Positions 1-9,249 of a stretch of 64,000 nucleotides of DNA are shown here, piece after piece. Below the pieces are notes generated by a model. It was not told the DNA's origin. It saw only the letters and a list, made by a program, of their open reading frames with translations, and made no database searches. The position numbers were made by a program, and so were the translations under genes. The stretch covers positions 46,117 through 110,116 of the forward strand of contig JAHAXB010000031.1 in assembly GCA_018384735.1 (NCBI GenBank), written 5' to 3'. Source of the DNA: Eubacteriales bacterium (GTDB lineage Bacteria > Bacillota > Clostridia > Christensenellales > UBA1242). How positions within the stretch are numbered: position 1 is the stretch's first letter; every line of letters begins with the position of its first letter.

Positions 1-575
1 TCGCGAAAATTAAATCTAAAACTGTTCAATACATGATTTTGATGGCGGTGGTCGCGCCAATGTGGATTAACGGCTTATTACGTACTGTTGCGTTAAAAGA
101 CTTTATCACCACCATTACCGATTTAATTGCGAACATTGCGGATACCGAAATTGACCCGACCGGCGAAACTTTGTTGACCTTAGGTTTAATCATTGACTAC
201 TTACCGTTTATGTTAATGCCCATCTACTTGGTTATCACCGGCATTTCCAAATCTTATTTGGAAGTCAGCGCGGACCTCGGAGCTTCCCCGTTCATCACAT
301 TCTTCAAGGTCACTTTACCGCTTTCCATGTCCGGTATCATCAGTGGTTTCTTAATGGTTTTCACACCTGCTGTTTCCACCTATTACATGAGTGAATACTT
401 GGGCAACCAAAGCACTTTCATGATTGGCGAACAATTAAACACTATGTTCACCAAGGACAACAAGTCCGGTGCTGCGGTCATTGCTTTGGTCTTGTTAGTT
501 TTGGTCGGCGTGTCCGTCTTTATCGCCAACCAACTTTCCCGTATCGGTAACAACAAAAAAGGAGGTATCGCCTAA
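1..575 (+). CDS. potB: Spermidine/putrescine-type ABC transporter permease, PotB-like (5' end cut by window edge)
   Basis: The reading frame of ORF 33..575 stays open back to nt 3. Multi-TM protein with the ABC-permease EAA loop SYLEVSADLGASPFITFFKVTLP. Stop overlaps the next permease start (TAATG). Confidence 0.75.
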   Translation, partial: AKIKSKTVQYMILMAVVAPMWINGLLRTVALKDFITTITDLIANIADTEIDPTGETLLTLGLIIDYLPFMLMPIYLVITGISKSYLEVSADLGASPFITFFKVTLPLSMSGIISGFLMVFTPAVSTYYMSEYLGNQSTFMIGEQLNTMFTKDNKSGAAVIALVLLVLVGVSVFIANQLSRIGNNKKGGIA

Positions 576-2968
576 TGGGTATCACAATCATTTGTTTAGT
601 TATGGCTATCCTTTACCTGCCCATTTTGTTTTTGGTAGGTTCATCATTCGCCGGTGGTTGGACGTATTACCAACAACTTTTTACCACCAGTGAATATATG
701 GAAGCCGTCAGAAATACCTTGTTAATTGCGGTTATTGCTTCTTTGGTTGCGACCATTATCGCTTCCATGGCAGCCACCGGTATTTTGTACATGAGCAAAC
801 GTACCCGCGCAATTACCATGGCGGTCAACCAACTACCTGTCATCAACGCGGATATCGTCACTTCATTTGGTTTGGTTTTGTTGTTTGTCAGCGTGGGCAT
901 GACCAACTTGGGCTTGTTAAAATTATTACTGGCACACGTGTTAATTGCCCTGCCGTTCTGCTTGTTAACCATCTTGCCCAAAATGCGCCAATTAGACGCG
1001 AACTTAATTGATGCCGCGTTGGATTTGGGCGCATCGCCGTTCAAAGCGTTTACCAGCGTCATTGTACCACAACTGGTTCCTGCCATGGTGCAAGCGTTCT
1101 TATTGGGCTTCACTTTGTCCTTGGATGATTTCGTTATCACCCAATACAACAACAGCGGGGTTCCCACGATTTCCACGGTTGTTTACGGTGCTATCAGCCG
1201 TCGCGACATTCCCAAGGCGTTCTACGCTTTAACCACCATTATCTTTATCGTAATTTTGCTGGTGTTAATTGTCATGAACTTGAACGCCGCCCGTGTGCGT
1301 AAAGGCATCAAAATCAGCCGTAAAGTTACCGCAGTCGCTTTGGCAGCCGTTATCTTACTGGCGACCGGTGGTCTCATTCCAATGATTATCTCGCACTTTA
1401 CCCCACGCGAATTGGTTTTGAAAGTTTATAACTGGGAAGACTACATTGCCAGCACCAGCCACGGCGCCAAAGGTATCGACTACGACTTATTGGAAGAATT
1501 TGAAGCTTACTACCGTGATGTTTTGAAAGAAAAAGGTGTTAAAAACGCTGACAAATTCCGCGTCGAATACCACACCTTTACCGATAACGAAGAATTGTAT
1601 TCCAAAATTAACACCCAACATTCTGACTATGATGTGATTTTCCCGTCCGAATACATGGTCGAAAAAATGGCGAACGAAAACTTAATCCAACCAATTGACA
1701 CTACCCTGATTTATAACTATGCCGATTTAGACAACGCCATCATGCAACGAACATCTGATTTCACCGCGGTTGATGGCAACACCGACCAAGCCTGGGCGAT
1801 TCCGTACATGGTCGGTACCGTCGGTATTATGTACGACCGCAATGTCATTGACGCAATGGCGGAAAAAATGCCGGAAGACAAAAAAAAGATTACCGCAGAC
1901 GATTTTGAAGCCTTGTTGGAAGAATACGGTTTCGGCGTCTTGTTCGGCGAAGGTGGCACCGATGTTTTCAAAGGACACATCACGATGAAAAAATCCGCCC
2001 GTGACTCCATCGGTATCGCCATGATTTACGGCGCACAAAAACAAAGTAACGACGAACACAAAATCGATGACAGTGCTACCTATTTAGCCAACATTGAAAA
2101 CGACGACGATAACACTTTATTGTCCAACATCTTGAACATGGACGGCGATTACAAAATTGACTTAGCGAACGAAATTTTAATGGAACAAATTCGCGTCATG
2201 AACCCGTTGTACGAAAACGATAACGGTAAAAAAGGTTTCGAAAAACAAAACAACCGCTACAATTACAAAAAAAGCAACGGAACACTGGCTTACGGTTTGT
2301 ATTGGAGTTGCGACGCCGGCTTAACCATGATGGCGGTAGACGAAGAACACGAAGACGACGAAGAATTCGAAAACCCATTACGTTTCTACGCTCCACAAGG
2401 TACCAACCTGTGGACGGATAACTTCGCCATTCCGACCTACGCCGAAAATTTGGACGCCGCGTACGCTTTCATTAACTTTATGTTAGACGATGAAAACGCC
2501 GCCCGTAACATTGATTACGTGGGTAGCCAAATGGTTTCCACTGGTGACGAAATTGACCTTTTGAAAGCCAGTTACTATGTCCCAGGTTATACCCCGATTT
2601 ACGAAAATGACGACGAAGAAAATGGCGAAGTGATTGATTTCACCTACGACCCAGCCGAAACCGATGCTGACCCTTTTGAAGAATACGACGTCAACTTGGC
2701 AATTGCCGTTTTCCCGTCCAACGACAATATCAAATATTCGGCGATTATGCACAACTTTGACCAAGCCAAAGAAAACGGCGTCAACAATCTGATGTTAGAT
2801 GTTCAAAATAAAGCGGCTGAATTAACCGAAGACAGTTCCTCGGGCAACCTGTTCTTAATCGTCTTGGCAATCTTGGTGATCGCTGCGTTCGCTTGGTGGG
2901 GCATCTACAAACTTCTCCACCGTCGCCCGCGCCAACTCCCCGACACAGTCACCACCAGTCAAAAATAA
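575..2968 (+). CDS. Fusion protein: PotC-like ABC permease (N-terminal ~260 aa), PotD-like periplasmic polyamine-binding domain, and a C-terminal TM anchor
   Basis: Permease EAA loop DAALDLGASPFKAFTSVIVP. After an extra TM comes the solute-binding start LKVYNWEDYIA typical of PotD/PotF. Acidic insertions are present. Terminal TM is LFLIVLAILVIAAFAWWGIY. GGAGG lies upstream of the ATG. Confidence 0.75.
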   Translation: MGITIICLVMAILYLPILFLVGSSFAGGWTYYQQLFTTSEYMEAVRNTLLIAVIASLVATIIASMAATGILYMSKRTRAITMAVNQLPVINADIVTSFGLVLLFVSVGMTNLGLLKLLLAHVLIALPFCLLTILPKMRQLDANLIDAALDLGASPFKAFTSVIVPQLVPAMVQAFLLGFTLSLDDFVITQYNNSGVPTISTVVYGAISRRDIPKAFYALTTIIFIVILLVLIVMNLNAARVRKGIKISRKVTAVALAAVILLATGGLIPMIISHFTPRELVLKVYNWEDYIASTSHGAKGIDYDLLEEFEAYYRDVLKEKGVKNADKFRVEYHTFTDNEELYSKINTQHSDYDVIFPSEYMVEKMANENLIQPIDTTLIYNYADLDNAIMQRTSDFTAVDGNTDQAWAIPYMVGTVGIMYDRNVIDAMAEKMPEDKKKITADDFEALLEEYGFGVLFGEGGTDVFKGHITMKKSARDSIGIAMIYGAQKQSNDEHKIDDSATYLANIENDDDNTLLSNILNMDGDYKIDLANEILMEQIRVMNPLYENDNGKKGFEKQNNRYNYKKSNGTLAYGLYWSCDAGLTMMAVDEEHEDDEEFENPLRFYAPQGTNLWTDNFAIPTYAENLDAAYAFINFMLDDENAARNIDYVGSQMVSTGDEIDLLKASYYVPGYTPIYENDDEENGEVIDFTYDPAETDADPFEEYDVNLAIAVFPSNDNIKYSAIMHNFDQAKENGVNNLMLDVQNKAAELTEDSSSGNLFLIVLAILVIAAFAWWGIYKLLHRRPRQLPDTVTTSQK

Positions 2969-2980
2969 CCACCAACCAAA

Positions 2981-3008
2981 ATGACCGGCCAACCACCGGT
3001 CATTTTTT
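2981..3008 (+). terminator. Rho-independent terminator after the potC-potD fusion
   Basis: Stem ATGACCGG / CCGGTCAT with a 7-nt loop, followed by TTTTTT. Confidence 0.75.
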
Positions 3009-3063
3009 ATGCAACAATTCCGACACTACCCATCAGCACCAACCGTACACAAACGCAGCTAAC

Positions 3064-3085
3064 AAAAAACCCGGGTCGCCCCGGG
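3064..3085 (-). terminator. Rho-independent terminator of the Cys-rich protein gene
   Basis: Stem CCCGGG-tcgc-CCCGGG. The plus-strand A-run at 3064-3069 becomes a T-run on the minus strand. Confidence 0.65.
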
Positions 3086-3105
3086 CTTCATGTTCGTTTA
3101 ATTGA

Positions 3106-4371
3106 TTAAGCGCGTTTGATAACAATGGTTTGTTCAAATACGCCGTCATGGTTGTAATCAAATTGCAATTCGATTTGGTCACCAACATTTTTCAAAAGAA
3201 CATTAAGAACCATAATCTTTCGACCACATTCCAAGAAATCCACATCTAAATTCGGGGTAATCACTTCACCGTTTTGTTTCATTACAGACTTATCTTGGTA
3301 AGTTTCCGGCAACTCAATTTTGATTGTTTTATCCGCCGCGGTAATGGTGTAAATATCTTGGTCCACGACTTGCTTACCATCTACAGTTTTCGCGGTATAG
3401 GTTACCGTTACACCAGTCATTCCGCTGTATGGAATCGCAAAACCGCTACATTCGTAAGTTACACCTTCGTGACCGCAAGTGCTACAAATTTCTTTGAGTG
3501 CAATTTGAGTCGAACCGGCTTCAGTTTCGCTAATAAAATCGCGATAAACAACGCCGTCCACGCTGTATGTCCTTTCATGTTTATGTCCTTCGGCTTTATA
3601 TTCAGCACTTAAGTGTGTCGGGTCGTACGGAGTAACCCCGTCGGCCAAGAACATTTGGTGGCAATCGTCACATTCAAAGTGCGCCGGATAACCATTTTCG
3701 GTGTGAGTTTTCGCTTTTTCCTGAACCATGGTGCCGTGGTGTTCTAATTGCTCGTCCACGATTGTGTCCGCGGTCAATTCGTGTTCGCACGCTTCGTCCG
3801 CAAAGATTTTTTCGCAATCACTGCATTGATAGTATGCAATGTGACCCGCGTGTTGGCAATCCGCACGGTCCGCGTCATGTTTTACCGGATTATGTTGATA
3901 ACCCAAATCAACATTCTTAAGTAAACCATCCCCGTCTTCGCTAGAGAAATTTTGTTCGCAGTTTTTACAATGCCAATGTTCCTTACAACCGGCTTTCGTA
4001 CAACTTGGTGTCTTGGCTGGCACATATTCCATATCATGTAACAAATGGCTATTATCAATGCGCAAATCCGCCAAGGTCAACACTTCGGCTTTACCGTCCG
4101 CATCACGGAAGTTGCGGTGGCATTTTTCGCATTTATAGTAGGCTTGGCAACCTTCTTGCCCGCAGGTTGCGTTCACTTGGTCCACTTTCTCTAATTCATG
4201 TTCGCACGCTAAAACGTACTTACCATCCGATAATAAACCACTTTCGCTACTGTTACTATCGGTAGCCGCACTGGCTCCGTGACCATTCCACATAATGGCC
4301 ATACCAATCCCCATACCGGCAACTCCGGCAACCAGCAAGAATGCAATTTGTTTGAAAATTTTTAATTTCAT
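3106..4371 (-). CDS. Membrane-anchored Cys-rich repeat protein (four CxxC-type repeats plus a beta-rich C-terminal domain), function unknown
   Basis: Start chosen at MKLKIFKQIAFLLVAGVAG (TM/signal anchor) with a purine-rich RBS. Four repeats end in YYKCEKCHRNF, HWHCKNCEQNF, YYQCSDCEKIF and HFECDDCHQMF. Confidence 0.7.
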   Translation of the reverse strand: MKLKIFKQIAFLLVAGVAGMGIGMAIMWNGHGASAATDSNSSESGLLSDGKYVLACEHELEKVDQVNATCGQEGCQAYYKCEKCHRNFRDADGKAEVLTLADLRIDNSHLLHDMEYVPAKTPSCTKAGCKEHWHCKNCEQNFSSEDGDGLLKNVDLGYQHNPVKHDADRADCQHAGHIAYYQCSDCEKIFADEACEHELTADTIVDEQLEHHGTMVQEKAKTHTENGYPAHFECDDCHQMFLADGVTPYDPTHLSAEYKAEGHKHERTYSVDGVVYRDFISETEAGSTQIALKEICSTCGHEGVTYECSGFAIPYSGMTGVTVTYTAKTVDGKQVVDQDIYTITAADKTIKIELPETYQDKSVMKQNGEVITPNLDVDFLECGRKIMVLNVLLKNVGDQIELQFDYNHDGVFEQTIVIKRA

Positions 4372-4497
4372 TTGCTTTCCCCCTTTCCTTTTCAGAAATA
4401 GGATAACATACAACCTGAAATTTTCCAATAAGTAAACGCAAATCTCCGTAACAAATTTTTTACGGTTAATTTAACCCACAATTCAAGACCCTTATTT

Positions 4498-4582
4498 TGG
4501 TGCGGCCGAGAGGGTTTGAACCTCCACATCTCGCGATACAGGATCCTTAGTCCTGTGCGTCTGCCAATTCCGCCACGGCCGC
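4498..4582 (-). tRNA. tRNA-Leu, anticodon AAG (type II, long variable arm, CCA encoded)
   Basis: Minus-strand read: GCGGCCG TG GCGG AATTGGCAGA CGC A CAGGA CTAAGGA TCCTG TATCGCGAGATGT GGAGG TTCAAAC CCTCT CGGCCGC A CCA. The anticodon loop CTAAGGA gives the anticodon AAG. Confidence 0.85.
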
Positions 4583-4590
4583 GTAGCCAA

Positions 4591-4619
4591 ATTGTAACCC
4601 GAAACACGCAAAATGTAAA
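4591..4619 (-). promoter_or_regulatory. Sigma-70-type promoter for tRNA-Leu
   Basis: On the minus strand, TTTACA, 17 nt, then TACAAT. The -10 ends 8 nt before the tRNA 5' end. Confidence 0.55.
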
Positions 4620-4631
4620 GCACACAGCAAC

Positions 4632-4657
4632 AAAAAAGCCGACCTAGAAAGTCGACT
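4632..4657 (-). terminator. Rho-independent terminator overlapping the DD-carboxypeptidase stop codon
   Basis: Minus-strand stem AGTCGAC / GTCGGCT. It contains one G-U pair only when read on the minus strand, and is followed by TTTTTT. Confidence 0.65.
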
Positions 4658-5873
4658 TTTGCACAATTTTTTGTACGGTTTGCCAGTAGTTTGCCCGTGG
4701 TACCGGCGCGCCCGCCCGCACAGGAATTTCCGCAATTACTTTGCCGTTATCCGTCACCATGATTTTGCCGAGGTCGGTCGTCCCATCCAAAGGCGCGGTC
4801 ACCGTGTCCGGAATTTCGGTTGCAAGCGCTAAATTCACCGTATTCTTTTTCGGCGTCAAATAATAATAATTTTGCGTCGGATACAAGTCCACGGTTTCGG
4901 TGACCGCATTCTTAACTGTCACAGTCTTTACGGGCACAGTCGCGTCCACCAGTAACTGGTTTTCAAAATTTTGGCACGCGTAATCCAACAAAGCACTACT
5001 TTCGTTAAAACGCGTCTTGCTGCTCGGGGCACCGATAATCACCGCAATCGATTCAATGTCACCTCTTTTGGCTGCCACCGTAATGCAGTGTCCGGCTTCG
5101 TTCGTGAAACCCGTTTTACCACCCAAGCAACCTTGATAACGGCGGATTAACTTGTTCGTGTTGGTCAAACCCGTGATGCGTCCACTGGGGTGCGTCAAGT
5201 CATACATCCAAATTCGGTTAAAGTCTCCGTAGTGTGGCGATTGCATAATGGCTTGGTACATGGTCGCCATATCGCGTGCACAGGAATACGCCCCCGGAGT
5301 GGGCAAACCAGTACAATTGACAAAGTTGGTATCTTTACAGCCTAAGCCCCGCGCAAAAGCGTTCATCTGCTCGACGAAACCTTCCACCGAACCCGCCAAG
5401 TGTTCCGCCAGCGCGACGCAACTGTCATTTGCGGAAGCAACAACAATGGACTGCACCAAATCGTGCACACTGTACTCACTGCCCGCATCCAAAAAGGCCT
5501 GACTGCCACCCATACTGGACGCACGTTCGCTGACCAGCACCATGTCGTCCATTGTGATTTTACCTTCCGCCAACGCTTGATAAATCACCCCCAAGGTTGC
5601 TACTTTGGTCATCGAGGCAATCGGCAAATGTGCCTCCGCATTTTGAGCGAACAAGACTTTACCGCTGTTGGCTTCCAACAGGAACGCCGCTTTGGCAGTA
5701 ATCACCGGTGCATCCGGATAGTTTTCCACCGCCTGCATTTGCGGTTGTTCAATTGCAACTTCGGGCGCAGCCACCGCCACTTTGCTTTGTAAGGGACAAC
5801 AATAGCCCAATCCCAACATCCCACACATGGTTCCTGTTGTTAAAACTGCCGTTAAAATTTGTTTTACTTTCAT
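4644..5873 (-). CDS. D-alanyl-D-alanine carboxypeptidase (S11 / PBP5 family, DacB/DacF-like)
   Basis: Signal peptide present. SxxK motif ASMTKV, SxN motif SAND, KTG motif KTGFT. Confidence 0.9.
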   Translation of the reverse strand: MKVKQILTAVLTTGTMCGMLGLGYCCPLQSKVAVAAPEVAIEQPQMQAVENYPDAPVITAKAAFLLEANSGKVLFAQNAEAHLPIASMTKVATLGVIYQALAEGKITMDDMVLVSERASSMGGSQAFLDAGSEYSVHDLVQSIVVASANDSCVALAEHLAGSVEGFVEQMNAFARGLGCKDTNFVNCTGLPTPGAYSCARDMATMYQAIMQSPHYGDFNRIWMYDLTHPSGRITGLTNTNKLIRRYQGCLGGKTGFTNEAGHCITVAAKRGDIESIAVIIGAPSSKTRFNESSALLDYACQNFENQLLVDATVPVKTVTVKNAVTETVDLYPTQNYYYLTPKKNTVNLALATEIPDTVTAPLDGTTDLGKIMVTDNGKVIAEIPVRAGAPVPRANYWQTVQKIVQKSTF

Positions 5874-5891
5874 AATCCTATCATGTGAGAT

Positions 5892-6518
5892 TTAACGCGG
5901 TTTATACACAATTTTCCCGAGTACCGTCCAAAAGACCAAATATTCTAAAAACCCTAACCCGACCGCCACGACAATTAAAACTCCCGCCCCGCGTAAAACA
6001 TCTAACCATGCTTTACCCTTGGTGCATTGCTGCTCACGAAAGTTTGCGCCACACTGTAACGCCCACAACATTCCCGCCAAAATTACTGCCGTAACCACCA
6101 GCAACCACAGTAAATAAAAAATAATTAACAATAGCGCGGTAAAACTGTAATAAAAAAACGTCCACCACACCGCAATGGCTAGCCAATAACCATGTACCAT
6201 GATGACCGGAAAAACCGCGTAAGCCGTGACCCGCGCAAGCAAGGCGAACATCAAAACCACCAACACGGGTACCGCAATGGACAACACGCGTTGCCAAATA
6301 AAACTACCCATCGAACTGCCAATAGCGGTCGCGTTCAAAATGTTACCATCAATTAAATGGTAGTTAATGTCCCCCACTGTTACGTCGGTCACGAAGATTG
6401 TAACAATCCCCAGCACGACCCCTGCGACCAACCAGACCACCAACCAAATCAAGGTCGTTTTGTATTTTTGCCACTGCACACGCAAAGTGCCTAACAAACG
6501 GTCCCACCATGGTTGCAT
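5892..6518 (-). CDS. Polytopic integral membrane protein, possibly SpoIIM-like (functional call weak)
   Basis: About 5 predicted TM helices over 208 aa. Lies between the sporulation-type DD-carboxypeptidase and spoIVB. Architecture resembles SpoIIM, but I recognise no diagnostic motif. Confidence 0.5.
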   Translation of the reverse strand: MQPWWDRLLGTLRVQWQKYKTTLIWLVVWLVAGVVLGIVTIFVTDVTVGDINYHLIDGNILNATAIGSSMGSFIWQRVLSIAVPVLVVLMFALLARVTAYAVFPVIMVHGYWLAIAVWWTFFYYSFTALLLIIFYLLWLLVVTAVILAGMLWALQCGANFREQQCTKGKAWLDVLRGAGVLIVVAVGLGFLEYLVFWTVLGKIVYKPR

Positions 6519-6556
6519 AAATAATTTATATGTTTTCGTGACATGATAATTGCGGT

Positions 6557-7684
6557 ATGAAACTGATGAAAAACTTTCGTTTTTGGCGCGGTATTATGGG
6601 TGCGCTGTTGGCTTTTAGCATTTACACTTTACTGGTCGTGCCTTTGGTCCACGGGATAACTACGCCGAACACCATTACTTTAACCCCCAGCGAATACGCC
6701 GCCCGCGCGGATGTTTCCCCCAGCACTGTAACCGGTAACGATACCGACACTGAAAAATACATTACCGTCAAATTGTTGGGCTTAATTCCGATTAAAAAAA
6801 TTTTGGTCGACATTTTGCCGTTTGACACCATTTTGGTCGGTGGCATGCCGATTGGAATTTGCGGCGAAATTGATGGCGTCTTGGTTACCCACGACACCGC
6901 GGACGGCACCTTACAAAAAGGCGACTTAATTCAAACTGTGGATGGACTGACGGTAAAAAGTTGTGCCGACTTTACCAACGCCATTGCCAACAAAAGTGCG
7001 GTTGAGATAACTCTGATTCGCAACGGCACCACTCTGAAACGTCATTTTATTCTCGACGAAGAATTAGGTTTACGCGATACGACTAACGGCGTGGGAATGT
7101 TGACCTTCATCAATCCTGAAAATAACCAGTTCTCTGCGCTGGGTCACCAAATGACCGATTTTGAAACTGGCACAGCGGTCAACCTACGCGGGGGCGCTGT
7201 TCACACGGTCAGCACTTACGGCATCATCAAAACCCAAGGCAAACAAACCGGCGTTCTGCAAAGTTCGGTACAAGCCAACGCCACCCCGCAAGGCAGTATC
7301 ACCCAAGGCAACTACTTTGGCATCACGGGTTGTTTAACCCCGGACAGCACAATTCTCGATACAGCAACCACCACTATGCCGGTGGCAACCCGCTATTATG
7401 TCCACCCTGGTAAAGCCACCCTGCGCACTTCATTAGATGGCACCACCGTGGAAGAATTCGACTGTGAAATTTTGAAAACACGCTACCAAGAACGGCGCCG
7501 CAACAAATCCATGGTCATTCGCATTACCGACCCGCGCTTATTGGATGCGACCGGCGGAATTATCCACGGTATGAGTGGCAGTCCCATCATCCAAGACGGA
7601 CACTTGGTTGGCGCCTTAACGCACGCCCTCACCCACGACCCCGCCAAAGGTTACGCCCTTTACATTGATTTTATTGCCCACTAA
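6557..7684 (+). CDS. spoIVB: SpoIVB peptidase (S55 family, stage IV sporulation signalling protease)
   Basis: N-terminal TM, PDZ-like middle region, and the catalytic region GIIHGMSGSPIIQDGHLVGALTHAL. GATAAT sits 6 nt upstream of the ATG. Confidence 0.85.
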   Translation: MKLMKNFRFWRGIMGALLAFSIYTLLVVPLVHGITTPNTITLTPSEYAARADVSPSTVTGNDTDTEKYITVKLLGLIPIKKILVDILPFDTILVGGMPIGICGEIDGVLVTHDTADGTLQKGDLIQTVDGLTVKSCADFTNAIANKSAVEITLIRNGTTLKRHFILDEELGLRDTTNGVGMLTFINPENNQFSALGHQMTDFETGTAVNLRGGAVHTVSTYGIIKTQGKQTGVLQSSVQANATPQGSITQGNYFGITGCLTPDSTILDTATTTMPVATRYYVHPGKATLRTSLDGTTVEEFDCEILKTRYQERRRNKSMVIRITDPRLLDATGGIIHGMSGSPIIQDGHLVGALTHALTHDPAKGYALYIDFIAH

Positions 7685-7690
7685 ATCAAC

Positions 7691-7722
7691 AAAAAAGACC
7701 TCACATTACGCGGGGTCTTTTT
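7691..7722. terminator. Bidirectional Rho-independent terminator between convergent genes
   Basis: AAAAAAGACC..GGTCTTTTT hairpin flanked by an A-run and a T-run. Confidence 0.7.
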
Positions 7723-7741
7723 CCATCATCAATTTTGCTGA

Positions 7742-8287
7742 TTATACTAATTTGGCATGTCCCGTAAACTTGAATTCCACGCTGCTCGCAACGTTTTCAA
7801 TCAACGCGTACCATGTATGATCACTGGGCGTAAAATTATAAACCGCCGCGATAGCTTGGCCTTCGGCTGAATCCGAAGCCACAAAATCATAAGACTGACC
7901 ATTAACTTCAACTTTCAAATCGCCAATTGACATAGTTGCATTTATGATGTCCTCTTGTGACATTCCCTCAAACTTTTCTGGTTTATCAAGTGAAACTTCC
8001 AAACAAACATCATATTTATCCTGTTCCCAATCATAGGTTAGATAGGTTGGTTGCTCACAATTCAAAAGATAATATAATGTAGCATCATTACTGGCGGTAT
8101 CCGCCTTGATGTCTTCCGCCTTGGTTCCGCTGGGAATACCTCTAGCCACAACCTGGAAAATCATATCGTCATTAAATTTCTGTAAACTAATTTTCATTTT
8201 TGAACTTTGACCACAAGCCGCGAAAGTCACCGCCGTAATCAAAACCAACACCAAACTTGCCACTACATTTAAGATTTTCTTTTTCAT
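7742..8287 (-). CDS. Lipoprotein, function unknown
   Basis: Signal peptide with lipobox TFAAC. GGGAGG RBS. Confidence 0.65.
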   Translation of the reverse strand: MKKKILNVVASLVLVLITAVTFAACGQSSKMKISLQKFNDDMIFQVVARGIPSGTKAEDIKADTASNDATLYYLLNCEQPTYLTYDWEQDKYDVCLEVSLDKPEKFEGMSQEDIINATMSIGDLKVEVNGQSYDFVASDSAEGQAIAAVYNFTPSDHTWYALIENVASSVEFKFTGHAKLV

Positions 8288-8346
8288 AAAAACCTCCCTG
8301 TCACATTATATATGACAACCAACCGACCGGGCAAGTAAATAAAGAC

Positions 8347-9249
8347 TTACAATTGATTAAGGTATTTAATTGCATTCGTCGCGGCTACAGCACCATCGCC
8401 CGCTGCGGTCACCAATTGGCGCACGGTTTTGGTACGACAATCGCCCGCCACAAAAATTCCCACGGTTCCCGTTTGACAACTTTCGTCCGCGATAATGTAA
8501 CCATGTTGGTCAAGTTCCACTAGGTTGGCAAATTTTTCATTTTCTGGCACACGCCCCACCGCCACAAATAAACCGTCCACGATCAATTGTTTTTCCACAC
8601 CATTTTGGGAAATTTTAACACCCGTCAGTTGTTTTTCGCCCCAAAGTTCCACTACTTGTGCGTTCGGGATAATTTCCACATTGGACCTGGCTTGAATTTG
8701 TTCCACTAAGGCCGCTTCTCCGCTAAATTGCTCGCGACGATGAATCATGTAAACCTTTTGTGCTAAATCGGACAAATAAAGCGCATCGCCCAAAGCGGTA
8801 TTGCCGCCACCAACTACCGCCACGATTTTGTTTTTGAAAAATGCACCGTCACAAGTCGCGCAGTACGAAATACCTTTACCAATCAATTTTTCCTCGTTAG
8901 CCAATCCCATTGTGCGGTTTTTGGAACCGGTTGCAATGACGACGGTTTTGGCCAAATAGACATTTTGGTTGGTCTTGATTTGTTTTTCTGTACCGTCAAT
9001 TACTTCCATGACATTTTCAAATTTGATTTCCACACCTAAACTCACGGCTTGTTCGTAAATTTTGGTGGCAAATTCAAACCCCGAAATTCCCATCGCAGCG
9101 GGATAGTTTTCAATACTTTTGGTCGACACAATTTGACCACCATAAGTTCGGCTCTCCAAAACCAAAATTTTTTTGTTAGCCCGGCGCCCATAAATCGCGG
9201 CGGTTAAACCCGCAATCCCGGCACCAATCACTACCATGTCATAGGTCAT
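8347..9249 (-). CDS. trxB: Thioredoxin reductase
   Basis: Motifs VIGAGIAGLTAA, the redox site CATCDG, and GGGNTA. Overlaps trxA by 4 nt. Confidence 0.92.
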   Translation of the reverse strand: MTYDMVVIGAGIAGLTAAIYGRRANKKILVLESRTYGGQIVSTKSIENYPAAMGISGFEFATKIYEQAVSLGVEIKFENVMEVIDGTEKQIKTNQNVYLAKTVVIATGSKNRTMGLANEEKLIGKGISYCATCDGAFFKNKIVAVVGGGNTALGDALYLSDLAQKVYMIHRREQFSGEAALVEQIQARSNVEIIPNAQVVELWGEKQLTGVKISQNGVEKQLIVDGLFVAVGRVPENEKFANLVELDQHGYIIADESCQTGTVGIFVAGDCRTKTVRQLVTAAGDGAVAATNAIKYLNQL

